64,000 nt of DNA from Cycas panzhihuaensis. Its lineage: Eukaryota; Plantae; Cycadophyta. Below, piece by piece: positions 38,028 through 52,145 of this stretch. Below the pieces are notes generated by a model. It searched no databases, was not told the origin of the DNA, and was given only the letters and a program-made list of their open reading frames with translations. The stretch covers positions 127,603,741 through 127,667,740 of the forward strand of contig CM041465.1 of NCBI GenBank assembly GCA_023213395.1, in the 5' to 3' direction. A program made the position numbers and the translations under genes. The first letter of the stretch is position 1. Every line of letters begins with the position of its first letter.

Positions 38028-40439
38028 CTATGGGGCTTATCGTAACAAAACTCTATTTTTGGTTTGATACTTAGGTCATGGGGTTGTTACGGTCTAGCAT
38101 GACGTGGATTAATTTTCATTGATGTACTAGGTTGTGGGATCCTATTACAAACCCATATTAATTTATTTTACCTTAACAAAAAAAAAAGTAAAACTTTCAT
38201 ATGCTAAAAACCCTTGAAAACCTCATAAAATTAGTAAAAATGATTAAAATCATAAAAATATTAGTTGAAATACTAATGTATTGGCTCTAAATAATTGTTG
38301 GGCTAATTATGACTATAAACTCTACATAAATCTAAGAAAATACTGATTATTTTGAGTATACAGATTAAAATAGTCAAACCTTTAATGAAAATAATTTGAA
38401 AACTGTCAATAAGCTTTAAAAAAAATGGAATAAAAACCAATATAATGGTTACCATGAGTAGTTTTATAGATCTCCCTTTCAAAAACTTAATAGATCTTGT
38501 AAAAACTCAATAGATCTTACTTTGATTCTAGATGAAGCCAAATGATGAAGCTTCAAATATAGTCTAAGATCTAAAATGCTAAATGAAACTATGTAGGCTA
38601 AGATCAAGATGCCAATGATACAAAATGTTGCCAAAATCTAACTCTAATATGATGTTATAGTATGGAGAATAGAGCGGAGTAGGTGAACTTTCAAATTAAA
38701 GTAACATTCAAGCTATATTGAGAGTACACATTATAAACATCATTGTATTAAGCCATTTTTGAAGAAAGTACATGCAAATTCCTTTGTGAAGGTGGTGTTG
38801 AAGAACACCAAGATTTTGCACCCCATAAAATATATACTTGGGAAGGAAGAGGGAATCCTCCTCAACCTCTAAAATTCAAAGTAATATAAAATAATAACTT
38901 AATATTAAAATAATAATAATATATAATAGAATAATTTCACCTTAACTTACCATGAGGATGTATGCACTCATATGTTCTTAAGGTGGGAGTTAAGTGAGGG
39001 ACATTAACCCCAACAGTATTAATGTCATTATTAATATAAAGGCCTTTTAATGGTGTCCTCAAACTTGGGGCATATTTGTCATTAGTATATACTATGCTTA
39101 ATAACATTCCCTTATTAAAAAATCCTATAAGCCTCTTTGGTTCCTCATTATATGGAAATTGAGTGTGAGCATGTGAGCATGGAAACCTTAATTGAAGTTT
39201 GGTAATTAGGGGTTCTTTAATTGACTCATTTCTTTGAAAATGTTTGGTTTTAACCAACCATGTGCATTCATTGTTAAGAAGGTTAATTAGGGCTATATAC
39301 TTTGATCTTGATCTTAGGCTCTACTAGACCTATAACTCTAGGGAGTTTACTTAGTATAGGTTTAAGGGAGATTAACATAAGGTTGAGGTTATATATTAGG
39401 GGATTCCATCTAATATTTTATTTTTATTTTATTCATAAGAAGCAACTTGGATACCTGTAGAGACCTATGACCTCAAAAATAAATACAAGTGGCAATAGTC
39501 ATTATCCATCTTATTTGACTTTGTAAAGGTTTTAAAATAAAAGTAAAAACCAAAACTAGAAACAAAATTAATTAATAAGTCTCCCTTAGTTTTTTTCCAC
39601 CTTTATATTTCTATTTTATTTTTAGTTTATTTTATTCACCTTTTCTTTATGTAATCTATAAAGAATGGTGCTTAAAATACATCAAATGGTAAGATGTCTA
39701 AGAAGGTTACTAAACCTTTCACTTTATCAATCCTCTCATACCTCCATAACCATGCCTACTAAAGCTCTAGCTTTTAACCTTAATGAAGATGAGCCTAATG
39801 TAAGCATGGGAATGCCCTCACTTACTAATGTGGCTTGGAACCTATATGAAAACTTGTTTATATTAAGGATGTATTCCCTTGAAGAACTAAGGGAACACAC
39901 ATCAGTAAAATGCTTAAATCAACCCCACTACTACATATCTTTCTAGGATCATCCCTTAATCATCTTTAGAGTCCTTTTTTAACTTGCTTACTTTCAACAT
40001 CAATCCATCTAAAAGTGATTGGAAAGCATACACTTAAGAGGCTTCCAAGCCTCTTATTAATCCCTGGATACCATCATACATCTACCCTTAACATGCTGCC
40101 TTGAAGGGATTATCATAGGAGTAGACTATTTGGAGAATGACAAGACTCTTTATGAGCATTTGCTAATATATTTCTAATCCTTCTAGACACCCATCATAAG
40201 ATTAACTCTTACAAATTAGTCTTGATATGTAATTCTCCCATATAATATCCCTATAAGGCTAACATCACCTCTAAGTAGGTTAACTCCCTTTTTCCTTTAG
40301 TATCCAACATCCTAGTTAGCTTTAAACAACCTCCTCTTATTGAGCTTACCCTATTTTACTTTAATAAAAGTAATATGATATTGTTGGGAGAGATCACTAA
40401 CTACCCAAAATCCCAAAACTTAATACATACTCAATGAAT

Positions 40440-40880
40440 GATCCTAAACTACAACACACTCCTCTAAGAGTATAAATTAGATACATACATAGTAATGAGC
40501 TAAAGCTATGGTTCCTCCATAATGAGGCTAATCTAATTGAACTCCCATATAAGTTTGAATTAGACATCACTTTGTAATGAGTTTAAACTATGATCTCCCT
40601 TAAATTAATCACTTAGGGGTGTACTTACTTTAAAATGAGGGTAAATTATAAAATATCCTTAAGTAGATCACTTGGTTCTGCTACTCCATAATGAGTATAA
40701 ACTAATTGAGATCCCTTATTAGTCTAAATTAGGCACCACTCTATATTGATCCTAAACTATGACATGCCTCAAAATCATTACTTAGGGGCATTACTCTAAC
40801 AAGAGTATAAATTATTACTTATGCTTTAACATTAGCTAAAATTATAAACACTCACTTTATGATGAGTATAAACTAGTTAT
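40440..40880. repeat. Degenerate tandem repeat (~170-bp higher-order unit built from shorter ...atgagt(a/t)taaacta... subunits)
   Basis: ctccataatgag...aattga...aattag(a/g)ca(t/c)cact...taaactatga...acttagggg at ~40515 and ~40685. Confidence 0.6.
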
Positions 40881-42422
40881 GTATTGGTGCTTAATTTTTA
40901 AGTAACCCATTATCAACCTAATACATGAAGAGGCTTTTTTCCTAATTAAAATGTTAAGTTCTTTAGGTCTTTACTTTTAGTTTAGGCTTCTATTCATTCT
41001 TTATCGCATTTATATGTTTATATGGATTCCAAAATCATTAAGATTAAACTCAACACTAAATTTTAAAGTAAGTACACTTGGCACATAGATCAAAGTTTTA
41101 CTATTGGTGGCCTTATTCATGTTGTTTAAAAATCTATTAATGTTTATAGTTAAATGCCTCATTTTTAAGTCATCATTCCAAATTTAGTGACCTTTCTTGT
41201 TACTCCTACATAGTTTGAAAATTGATTCTTTAAACTCATAAGCTTTTACTAGCTTTTAGGAACTAATAATCATTCATGACATAATACCCCTACACTTGCT
41301 AACAACTTGGTTTGAGTACTAGAAAATATGATCCATGCCCAAATAATAAGTAATGGTATGTATATAGATTCCCTATTAGTGGTTAAGTAATAAACATAAT
41401 AAAAGACCCTTTGTACCTACTTAAAGCTTTAACATTCCATGGCAACTTACTAATGTCCCTTTCCTTGATAAATTTTTGTTACTTTTGCATACTCTAGAAG
41501 GTAAGATTAAGAAATTATTAAAATGAAGATCCATTATCCCTAGATTAATAGGGAGGAAAAACATCTTGCCAAAACACTCTATCTATAAGCATTTGCATAA
41601 AACTAGGCTAAGATGAGTACTTATATATAAGTTTTAAGTCACGCGTCTTATTGTTGAGTACTTATTGCCTGGGCATCTGAGGTAAGTTACTTGATGACTT
41701 CATCCTCACCTATCATAACATAGTTTAAATCTAGATTAAGTGTATAATTCAACAATTTTAAATTCTACTCATGGCTTGCCAAGCTCTTTTTATAATCAAA
41801 TCATTCTTAATTAATGGCAATAAGGGCTAATAAAAAAATTGTAATCAAATATATCATCTAAGCATGTTGGGCAACCTATGTTGATAATCTCATCCCAACC
41901 TACTAGTTGGTAGTTCATATGTAGATTAAATGTAATGCTTAAAGACTTTGGGTTTAATAGTGTTCAACTTCTTTACTACACTCATTTAGATGAAATCTTG
42001 CTTTGGCTTTTGCTTATTAGGTTCCCATAGTTATTTATGATTACCTTCTTTAAAACTAAGACAAGCAACCATCAACAATCTTCCTCCCAATTATTTTCTA
42101 AAACTCACTCATTTATTTCACAAATATCTCAATATATCTTCTTATGTTGTGTTGCATATTCATGGTATTTATCATTTATATATATAAGGGAAGCCATGGA
42201 AACCCTGAACCTTTGGAAACAACTTGAGTTATAAAGAATATAGCAAGTTAAATAGTAGTAAGTGTAGGGTTGTTCTGTCCCATTGCAACTAACAACCTAA
42301 CTCAATATACTACAATTATATAAGCACTATAAGATGTAATCCATACCCAAATAATGAGTGAAAACTTATGCATAAATTTTCTCTTAATGGTTTAATAACT
42401 AGTCCAAACTTGTTAGAGATGT

Positions 42423-43544
42423 TAAAGTCACAACTTCACCCTTAAGCTCAAACCCAATAGGTTATACTAGGGTGATGTTAACTGGCTCATCGAATCCCTT
42501 AACTCTATAAAATTGTGAACTCAACAAGGTTCCTAATTGCACACTTTTTATATAACTAGATCTGTTACATCTTAAGATCCCAACATAATAAACCAAATTT
42601 TCTAGTTAAAAAGATATTTTAAGAAGTTAATTTAAGACCAACATATTAGTAATGTTAAGTATCTTATATCACTTATCTGAAGAGCTTCCATTACCAAGGT
42701 GACAAATGTTTACCAATTTCTAGCACCCCTAAAGTGACCTAAGGTGTTGACATTAAGGATGAAAGAGTATAAAATATGGATAGACTCTAACTTCTTTATT
42801 TAATATAAAAAAGACTCGATTCCATCACCAAATATCTTGAAATGGGGTTATTTATTTAGCTTTTGAGTTTAAAATTTATGTTATTATAGTATAAATATTA
42901 GTTAATAACTTTAAGAAAATGAACTTATAAGTATTTACTCTTTGATGTGACTAATCAATGTTGTTTAATTTATTTTTATAAAATAATATATATTTCCTCC
43001 TCATAATAACCATTAATTCAAACTAAAAAATATATGATAATTAAGGAAATAAGTAGCCTCAATGATGAATAACTCAAATTATTTAATTTCTTATAAACCC
43101 CCTTAATATTCTATTGATTTCGTCAAGTTCTATTATTTCTACTACATTTTTCACTCATTGCAATTTTTGTCTAAACTATGATGTTTGTTGATATAATATC
43201 ACATCAAATTTTGTTAACATTTATCATGGTTTTCTATGAAAATCATAATTTTTTATTAAGCCATGATGGCTTGAAAAGTTTTTCATGATTTATGTTAAAG
43301 ATCATACATTAGAGACCATATATTTTAGCCCCTACAAAAGTACTAATAATTATTATGATGCCTTAATAATTGATTCAAGGCCAATTTAAGCCTTGAATGG
43401 TTAAAATTAGTTAGTGGGAGTTAATATCTATAATGGAGTTAGCAAGGATTTTTAGGTTATAAAATTCCCTCCCTACACCCTAAAAGGATATATCTATTAA
43501 AGTTATTGTTATATAGCCAAAATTTCTACATGAATTACTTGTTT
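42423..43544 (+). repeat. Copy 1 of a ~1.12-kb direct duplication
   Basis: Colinear with 49068-50186 from agtcacaacttcaccctta to aatttctacatgaatt(a/g)cttgttt. Confidence 0.93.
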
Positions 43545-43559
43545 ATTAGATCACGACAA

Positions 43560-44122
43560 ATTACAAATGAGCATATTACAGTCTGAGTAAATCATGACTG
43601 TTTGATAGACGTTGCAAGCAGGTCGTGATTTAGATTAACATTATGAGCAGGTCACGATTTGGGTTAAGGTTACGAGCAAGTTGGGATTTAGATTGACATT
43701 GCGAGGAGGTCATAATTTAGATTATCATTGCGAGAAGATCGTGATTCAAGTTAAGACTGCAAGCATATTACAATTCACACTAAGCTTGCAAGTAGATCAC
43801 TATTTGGATTATCATTACAAGTATATCACAATTTAGGTTAAGAAGATGAGTAGATTGTGATTCATGCTGAGATTGCGAACAGATCATAATTTAGGTCGAG
43901 ATTGCAAACAAATTATGATTCTGGTCAAGATCGTGAGCAGATCATTCTTCGGGCTGAGATTGTGAGCAGATTGCGATTCGAGTGAAGAGTGTGAGTAGAT
44001 TGCGATTCAGGTCGAGATTGCGAGTAAATCGTGATTAGACTGAGATCGTGAGCAAATTGTAGTTAGAGTCAAGATCACGAGCAAATCGTGATTTAAGTCA
44101 GGATTGCAAGCAGATCATAGTT
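43560..44122 (+). repeat. 29-bp minisatellite, ~19 diverged copies, in the putative LTR of Gypsy G
   Basis: Units such as ttgcgaacagatcataatttaggtcgaga, ttgtgagcagattgcgattcgagtgaaga, tcacgagcaaatcgtgatttaagtcagga in near-strict 29-bp register. Confidence 0.92.
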
Positions 44123-44247
44123 TACCAAAGAATAATGTTTAAATAAATTATATTTTATATACATGAGAATTAGCCATTATACCTATTGTAACTTATTATG
44201 GTTGAGGCCATTAGGAATCATGTATTTAAAGGAAAAGGGAAAGGATG

Positions 44248-44613
<366 letters not shown>

Positions 44614-47600
44614 TTGTACATAGTAAGAGGTAGTTGGTTAAGATACCTTTTTGGCCTAGAATTCTCATCCTAGTGTAAGTCAGTTTAGCTATCTATTTTC
44701 TATGTACTATTAGGTCTATGTCTGGTTATAACAGGACCAGGTGCAATTCCCTATCATAATGATATCATGTTTGCATATATTGATTATCCTTGTGCTTGCA
44801 TAATTCAATGACGTAATGGATAACTACGCAACATACATTAGTTCAATTGCCTATTGAAATCTAGAGGACTCGACAATATTAGAATGGATAGATCTGAGTA
44901 AATAATAGGACCTCTTCCATTCCACCCAGGGTGGAAAAAGAATCACGAAAAGAATACAAAGAGTATTAGGAGAATGAGAGACTCTAGGCTCAAGCAAGAA
45001 AGTTGAGATTTGTAATCATGCTAAGGAAGCAAGTGAAGAGGCAACCACTTGCTCACTTGAGTTTAGGACGAAAATTGATTAAGGAAGAAGATAGGCAAAC
45101 ATAGGTAGAAATATTAGAGGAGCCTATCGGAGAAAAGATAATCAGAATAGAAAGTATCTAAGGATATGCATTAGAAGAGGATCCCCAGGAAGGACAAGCT
45201 TATGTAAAGGAAAGTCATAAATAAATCACAGAAGAATTAGTAATACAAGAGAAAAGAAATAGTTTGATTAAACTAGAATTATATAGCACAATAAATAGGG
45301 AGTGGAACCATTATTTGATGGAAGTCAGAACTCCCTTAAGCCACATTTTGAATCCATTATTTAAAGTTATAATGGCAATCTCTGGAGGAAGTGCATGCGG
45401 GGGAAGTACATGACCAGGAGAAAACTTAGGAGGTGGTAGATCATCATCGAACTAATCACTATTTATAAATGTAAGAGGAAGTGACAATCCACCATTGTAA
45501 GGAATAAGCTAAGGAATGGATCAGGATTAGTGAGACCTTATATAATTTTGTAAAATGATTCTGCCTTTTTGAGCATGTGATTTGACGAATCGACAGAAGC
45601 TATAGATCATTTAGCATTATTTAAAAATATGCTAAAGATAAAGAAAGTCACGAATCTAGAGGAGATAAAAGCTTATTTCTTTTCCACCTTATAAGGAGCA
45701 ATAGTTGTCTAGTTATAGTATGTTGCAACATAGAATCTATCATGGGATAGATTATAAGATCAATTTCTGGATTGATTTCAAAAATTGAGAGACCCTATGG
45801 CCATTTTCCAGGCCCTAAAAGAAATAAAACAGTATTCAGGAGAATTTGTAAATGATTTTGATGGACAAATATATATAATAATGAGTAAAATACAACTAAT
45901 AATAATAATTAGCCCAATGTTAGCAATGAAGTATTTTTTATAAGGATTAATTACACAATTGAGAGATAAAGTTCTATTACATCTGATGAATAACTATGAA
46001 CAAGTACGCAAGTCAACTATGAAGTTTGAGAATCAAATGAAGACTGTGTACTCTCAATGGGCTAATCAATAAATAGGGTAAATAGGTCTAATCCCTTCTC
46101 AACTAGTATGGGGAGCACAGTATCAAACTAAAACAAATCTAAAAATTGAGGCACTAAGAAGAGAAGTGAAAGTATTGAAACAATAGCCATTAGTAGCAAA
46201 ATCAACTAATATATACCAAAATCAAGAGATGGGGAACCTACATTTAGAATTAGCTAAACTGCATCTAGAAAAATCATAAGCAAATATATGGTGTCTACCA
46301 CCATGTAATCAAGAAGGGTATCTACAAAACAAACATAGTAAACCATCAGCATGGTGCGAGTATTACAAGAAAACGAACCACGATACATTGGAGTGTTTTC
46401 CTCGTCCTAAGAATGATATTCATAATGTATTCTTGTAAAAGACAGAGAAAATAGGAAAGTAATATAAAGGGAAGACCAAGACAGTTAGATGTTTTCTATA
46501 CCAAAGATGGGATTATTTAAGATTATAATGCCTATTAGAAAAGAAAGGAGGAGAATTCATTTGTGAAGAGTGTAGACTAGCAGACCATAAATGGGTGAAT
46601 TGCCCAAAGAATAACATACAAAATATAAATTTGGCCTTGATTATTCTAGATAAAGAAGTGCCTCTCCAATTGCAAATTCAAAGTGGAAAGACAACCTCCA
46701 CACCTATCCAAGATGCCTTCTCAGATCTAGTAGTGGAAAAGCAAAGACTTCAAGAAGCTGTCAAAATCTTATAAAATATAAGGAGTAAAGTATCATAAGA
46801 AGAAGCTCATCAGGAAGGATAATTTAAAGGGCAAAGCTATAAGTAATGACCAACCCCTAAAACCATAGACAAAAGAAGGTATTAATCCATGGTCAAGGTT
46901 CTAAATGGTTAAAGATTTATTGATTGAGTTAGGAATCTCAATTCTGATTACAGAAGTATTCAAATGGTGGGAAGCTGGCTATTTTCAGCAACTGATTTTA
47001 GATTAGATAGAGAAACCTATCATGACAACTGTCAAAGAAAAAGGGGTTGATCCAAGAGTGCCAATGATTATTTTTGGCATAATGTTATGTAAAATAATTG
47101 TGGATGGAGGATCAAGAGTCAATGTACTCCCTAAGTCTTTTTGGATAGAATTGGAAAGGCCAGAGATGGTAGCCCCCGACTATTCAATTAGACTAGCTAA
47201 CCAATTGCAAGTGAGACCAATGGGAATGTTAATGAATGTTCTAACCACGATTCTAAGAATCACTATTTTATTAGATTTCACAATGGTGCAAATGTAAAAC
47301 AAAAGAAAAAATGTATCTAGCTCTATTAAGGAGACCGTGGTTACTAGCGATGAAAGTAATTCAAGATTGGGGAGAATTCACATTCACACTAAAGGATAAG
47401 AATGAAGTAGTGATCTTACCATTATGCTCAGATGAGCCTCAGATGGAAAATATAGCTGATGAAGAACAAGCTTCATCCACAATAGTTGGATCAGAATCCA
47501 CCATCAACCCATGTTCATAAGTGGTATATCAACTTCAAACAAATGTACTAAGTAATGCATCATCGGCATATATGATGAATTGGTTGTAGAACACTTAGGG

Positions 47601-49067
47601 AGAGATAGAATCCGTTTCATGTTATAAGCTGGAAGCATGTATGGACCCTTCATAATCAAATGACAAAATAAGGGAAGAAGCAGCATAATGTGCACCAAGC
47701 TTGGAGGAAAAATTTAGCAATGGAAGAAATTTTAGGGACAAGCAAATGAGGCTAAAAATCATATAGAATATTGTAATCAATTGTTAATAAAATATAATAA
47801 GCATCAAGATTTTTGTTACTTATTTGCATTGTCACTTAAGGGTCAAGATATAACATGCTTCTTAAATAATAGTAGCAAGTTTAATTCATGGCATGAATTA
47901 TGCAAAAGCTTCTTATTAAGATTTCAAAAATAGGATAGTAACTTGACCATATTTCGAAACATTGATGATTCTTAGAGCAACACCCCTAAAATAGGAATTG
48001 AGTTAAATTGTAATCAAATTGAAGTGGAACAAAAAAGTGGTGAATTTCCTAAACAATATTCTAATATAGAGTATGGGAATAGAATAATCAAACAAACACT
48101 AGCATATATGTTGGTGCAAGACAACAAGACGATATAGAGTGAACAATTATAGATACATCACATAGATGTGGGCATAAAAGAACATCCCCAAATAATCTCA
48201 ATAGAAGACTATTAGGATAAGGAGATTATGTAATAGGCCATAAGTCTGTTCTCTAAATATAAAGATGTTTTTGCCTACTCTTATCAGGACTTAAAAGGAA
48301 TACCACCAGAATTGGGAGAACATCGAATTGAATTAATAAAAGGAATGAAACCTATTCGCCAGCACCCTTATGTGATGAATTTGAAATATAAAGAAAAGAT
48401 CAAAGCAAAATTGGATAAATTGCTAGAAGTCAGATATATTTTTGAAGTGGAAACCAGTGAATGGGTAAGCCCAGTAGTGGTGGTACCCAAAAAGAATGGG
48501 AAGCTTCATCTTTGCATGGATTAAAGAGCCCTTAATAAAGCAACGAAAAGAGATCCATTTCTAATACCCTTCATAGAGGATATTTAGAAAAGGGTAGTAT
48601 GTCATGAAGTCTACTCATTCACATATGGATTCAACAGATTTAATTAGGTGAGAATTATGGAGCAATTCCAGTTGAAGACAACCTTTGTTACTGAATGGGG
48701 GATATATAGGTATAGGGTGATGCCATTTGGGTTAACAAATGCACCAGTTCATAGAATCATTTTAAACATTTTCTGATAGGCAATAGGTAAGTCCATTGAA
48801 GTGTTTTTAGATGGTTGGACATTATATTCACTGCTAAAAAATCACCTGACGAATTTGACAGTAATGTTGGAGATGTGTTAGAAAAGCAAGCTTTGTTTAA
48901 ATTTGACAAAATGCACGTTTTTAGTTTTGTTTAGATCTCTTTTAGGGCATATCATAAGCAAGGAGGGCTTGTAGATAGATGTAGGTAAGGTTACAATAAT
49001 TCTAAATTTCCCAGTACTAAAAATAATAAAGTAGGTGAAGGCATTTTTGGGCATGACATGGCCTTTT

Positions 49068-50186
49068 TAGAGTCACAACTTCACCCTTATGCTCAAAACC
49101 AATAGGTTATACTAAGGTGATGTCAACTAGCTCATCGAATCCCTCAACTCTATAAACCTGCATACTTAACAAGGTCCCTAATTGCACACTTTTATATAAC
49201 TAGATCTGTCACATCTTAAGATCCCAATATAATAAACTAATTTTTCTAATAAAAAAGATGTTTTAAGAATTTAAGTTAAGAACAACATATTAGCAATGTT
49301 AAGTATCTTATATCACTTGTCTGAAGAGCTTCCATTGCTAAGGTGGCAAATGTTTATCAATTTCTAGCATTCCTAAAGTGACTTAAGGTGTTGACATTAA
49401 GGAATAAAGAGTATAAAATATGGATAGACTATAAATTCTTTATTTAATATAAAAAAGAATCAATTCTATCACCAAATATCTTAAAATGGGGTTATTTATT
49501 TAGCTTTTAAGTTAAAAAATTTATGTTATTATAGTAGAAATATTAGTTAATAACTTTAAGAATTTGAACTTATAAGTACTTACTCTTTGATGTGACTAAT
49601 TAATGTTGTTTAATTTATTTTTATAAAATAATATATATTCCCTCCTCATAATAACCATTAATTCAAACTCAAAAATATATGATAATTAAGGAAATAAGTA
49701 GCCCTAATGATGAATAACTCAAATTATTTAATTTTTTATAAACCCCCTTAATCTTCTATTAATTTCATCAAGTTCTATTATTTCTACTATATTTTTCATT
49801 ATTGTAATTTTTGTCTAAACTATGATGATTGTTGATATAATATTACATAAATTTTTGTTAATATTTATCATAGTTTCCTATGAAAATCATAAATTTTTAA
49901 TAAACCATGATGACTTGAAAAGTTTTTCATGATTTATGTTAAAGATCATACATTAGAGACCATATATTTTAGCCCCTACAAAAGTACTAATAATTATTAT
50001 GATACCTTAATAGTTGTTTCAAGGCCAATTTAAGCCTTGAATGGTTAACATTAGTTAGTGGGAGCTAATATCTATAATAGAGTTGGCAAGGATTTTTGGG
50101 TTATAAAATTCCCTCCCTAAGACCATAAAAGGGCATATCTCTTAAAGTTGTTATGTAGCCAAAATTTCTACATGAATTGCTTGTTT
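49068..50186 (+). repeat. Copy 2 of the ~1.12-kb direct duplication
   Basis: Colinear with 42423-43544. Confidence 0.93.
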
Positions 50187-52145
50187 GAGTGGTTCCTATA
50201 CATGCTTGAATGTGTGAGAAAGTGACTTCTAACTTGATAATTTAGTCTCTTTTTACTTGCTAGTTCGAGTTAAGCTTGATTCTTTTGGATGCTTTTAAAA
50301 TTATCCATTATAGAAGTGATGAGTGTGTTGCTTATCTAAGCTCTCTTATCACTTAATCTTGCTAATCATCTCTTTGTTTGGATCTACTTACTTTTTCTCT
50401 CACTTGTTTAAAGCACTAATTTTGTCATAACTCTCTTACTATCTCATTCTACTATTTCTCTTTTGTTTGTGTAGGCCTCTTAGCTGTTTAATATTTTTGA
50501 GCATTGATATATAAGGAGATTTGAGACACTATGAAGTTGGTTTTGATTTGAGCTATTTTATCTAAAAGGTTATAGAGAAAACTTGTTGTATGGAAATGTA
50601 TTAGTTGAGGCTACTCCCCATTCCCCTCTTTCTCTTTCTTTCATTACATATCTTTAAATTGGTCAAAGTATTTAATTGGAACTTGGAAGTGGACTTTTAA
50701 TAAGAGATAATGAAGAAGCATAAATGAGAATTGAACGTAATGAGAACTAATCAAAGTAAACTTTATTCTACCTACTTTACTACTCTCTTTTATTTGATTT
50801 ATTGACTTGAGAAGTAGATATAGCCTCTTATTTTCTTCTTATTCTTTTATTATTACTTGTATATCTTTTCCTCAAGAAGGAGGTTTTCTTTAACCTCTCT
50901 TTTTTTGGTAAGTATACCCCTCTATATGTGTGCCTTCTTGATTTATTTGGTAAGAGTCAAGGAGTTCATTAGCCCTAAGAGAAGAGCATAAGACATTGGA
51001 GCACATTTGGGTAAGAGTAGACCTTGATCTATCTTAGATATGAATGCTTTTTTAAAATTACCTATGCTTATTATTTTATGATTTTAAAGGAAAACATGTT
51101 ATTTAACTTTGAAGAAGAAAGGAAAGAACACACTAAAGTAAGTGCATATTATTAGAATATTTATGCATTAGAGAAAAATAAGAAGAGATTTTTATGTAAT
51201 GCATATTTATTCATGCAAACCACAAAAGGTGGTGGGCCACACATGAAAATAAGTTATACTATATCAAGAAATCATCATATCATTATTTGTATATAATTAT
51301 AACATTAGATTACACATTGATGTAATGTTCTAAAAAGTCAATAAAATAAAGGTATATTATTACAATTATTGCACTATATTATTTATTCATTTAATAGTTA
51401 TGTTCATGATTATTTTATCAATTATTATTTAATCATAATATCCAAGTATATAAATTTATTATGGTATGAGAGTTCGTATAAGAATTTTAACATGTTATTA
51501 GGGGATAGATGCGTAACTTTACACATATAAATGAGGGCTTCAAAAAATGATGTACACACAACATAACTCCATAATATAAACAATAGTCGAAATGATAAAA
51601 AATAGGAAATAGATGAATAAAAATAGGTGATCTTTAATGGATAGTAAATAGATTCAAATAGATTTTTCTTTCCATAAAGTCTCAATGAAATAACACTTAA
51701 TCAACCTGAGACAAGATCTAAATCATGCATTACTACCACTCAACTAAGAATCTATTTTTTGAACTATCTAAACCATTGGAATTTTAACTCTATTAGAATT
51801 GCTTAAAGTAGTAGGTAAAATCATGTAACTCAAGCCATATTTAAAATACATTTGTGAATCAGCATTGCATTAATCCATTGTGAAGAGAGTGTACAAGATT
51901 TCCAATAGTTGATGGTGTTGAAGAACACTAGTGTTTAAAACCTCATAAGATATATACTTTTGAGGAAGGAGGGAAACCTCCTCAATCTCCAATTCAAAAT
52001 AATATAAATAATGCTAATATACAATAAAATAATCTTACCTTTACTTACCATCAAGTAGTGTGTGGTCACATGTCTCTAAGGTAGGAGTTAGGTGAGGAAT
52101 ATTAACCCTATCATACTCCCCCTTAACATTCATCATGATTGTCTT

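Larger units (their letters stand above)
32054..38185 (+). mobile_element. Full-length decayed L1-clade LINE with RNase H
   Basis: 17-bp TSD aagtaaaactttcatat (32037-32053; 38186-38202), short poly(A) at 38178-38187, ORF1 and ORF2 motifs. Confidence 0.96.
29531..39015 (-). mobile_element. Element D: non-autonomous Gag-only (TR-GAG-like) Copia-related LTR element, interrupted by a LINE
   Basis: 363-bp LTRs 29531-29893 and 38653-39015, TSD GTATT, rc PPT tactcccccttaa at 29894, degenerate rc PBS actctaatatga 38641-38652; no pol sequence seen. Confidence 0.92.

Noticed and set aside
38596-38608. 13-nt match to U2 snRNA (ggctaagatcaag)
   Set aside because: Part of the repeated D/E leader unit and too short to call
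43560-44122. CRISPR-like periodicity
   Set aside because: Contiguous 29-bp units with no unique spacers; a minisatellite
51505-51700. Hydrophobic antisense reading after the F PBS as another captured gene
   Set aside because: Expected from T-rich sequence; no recognisable motif
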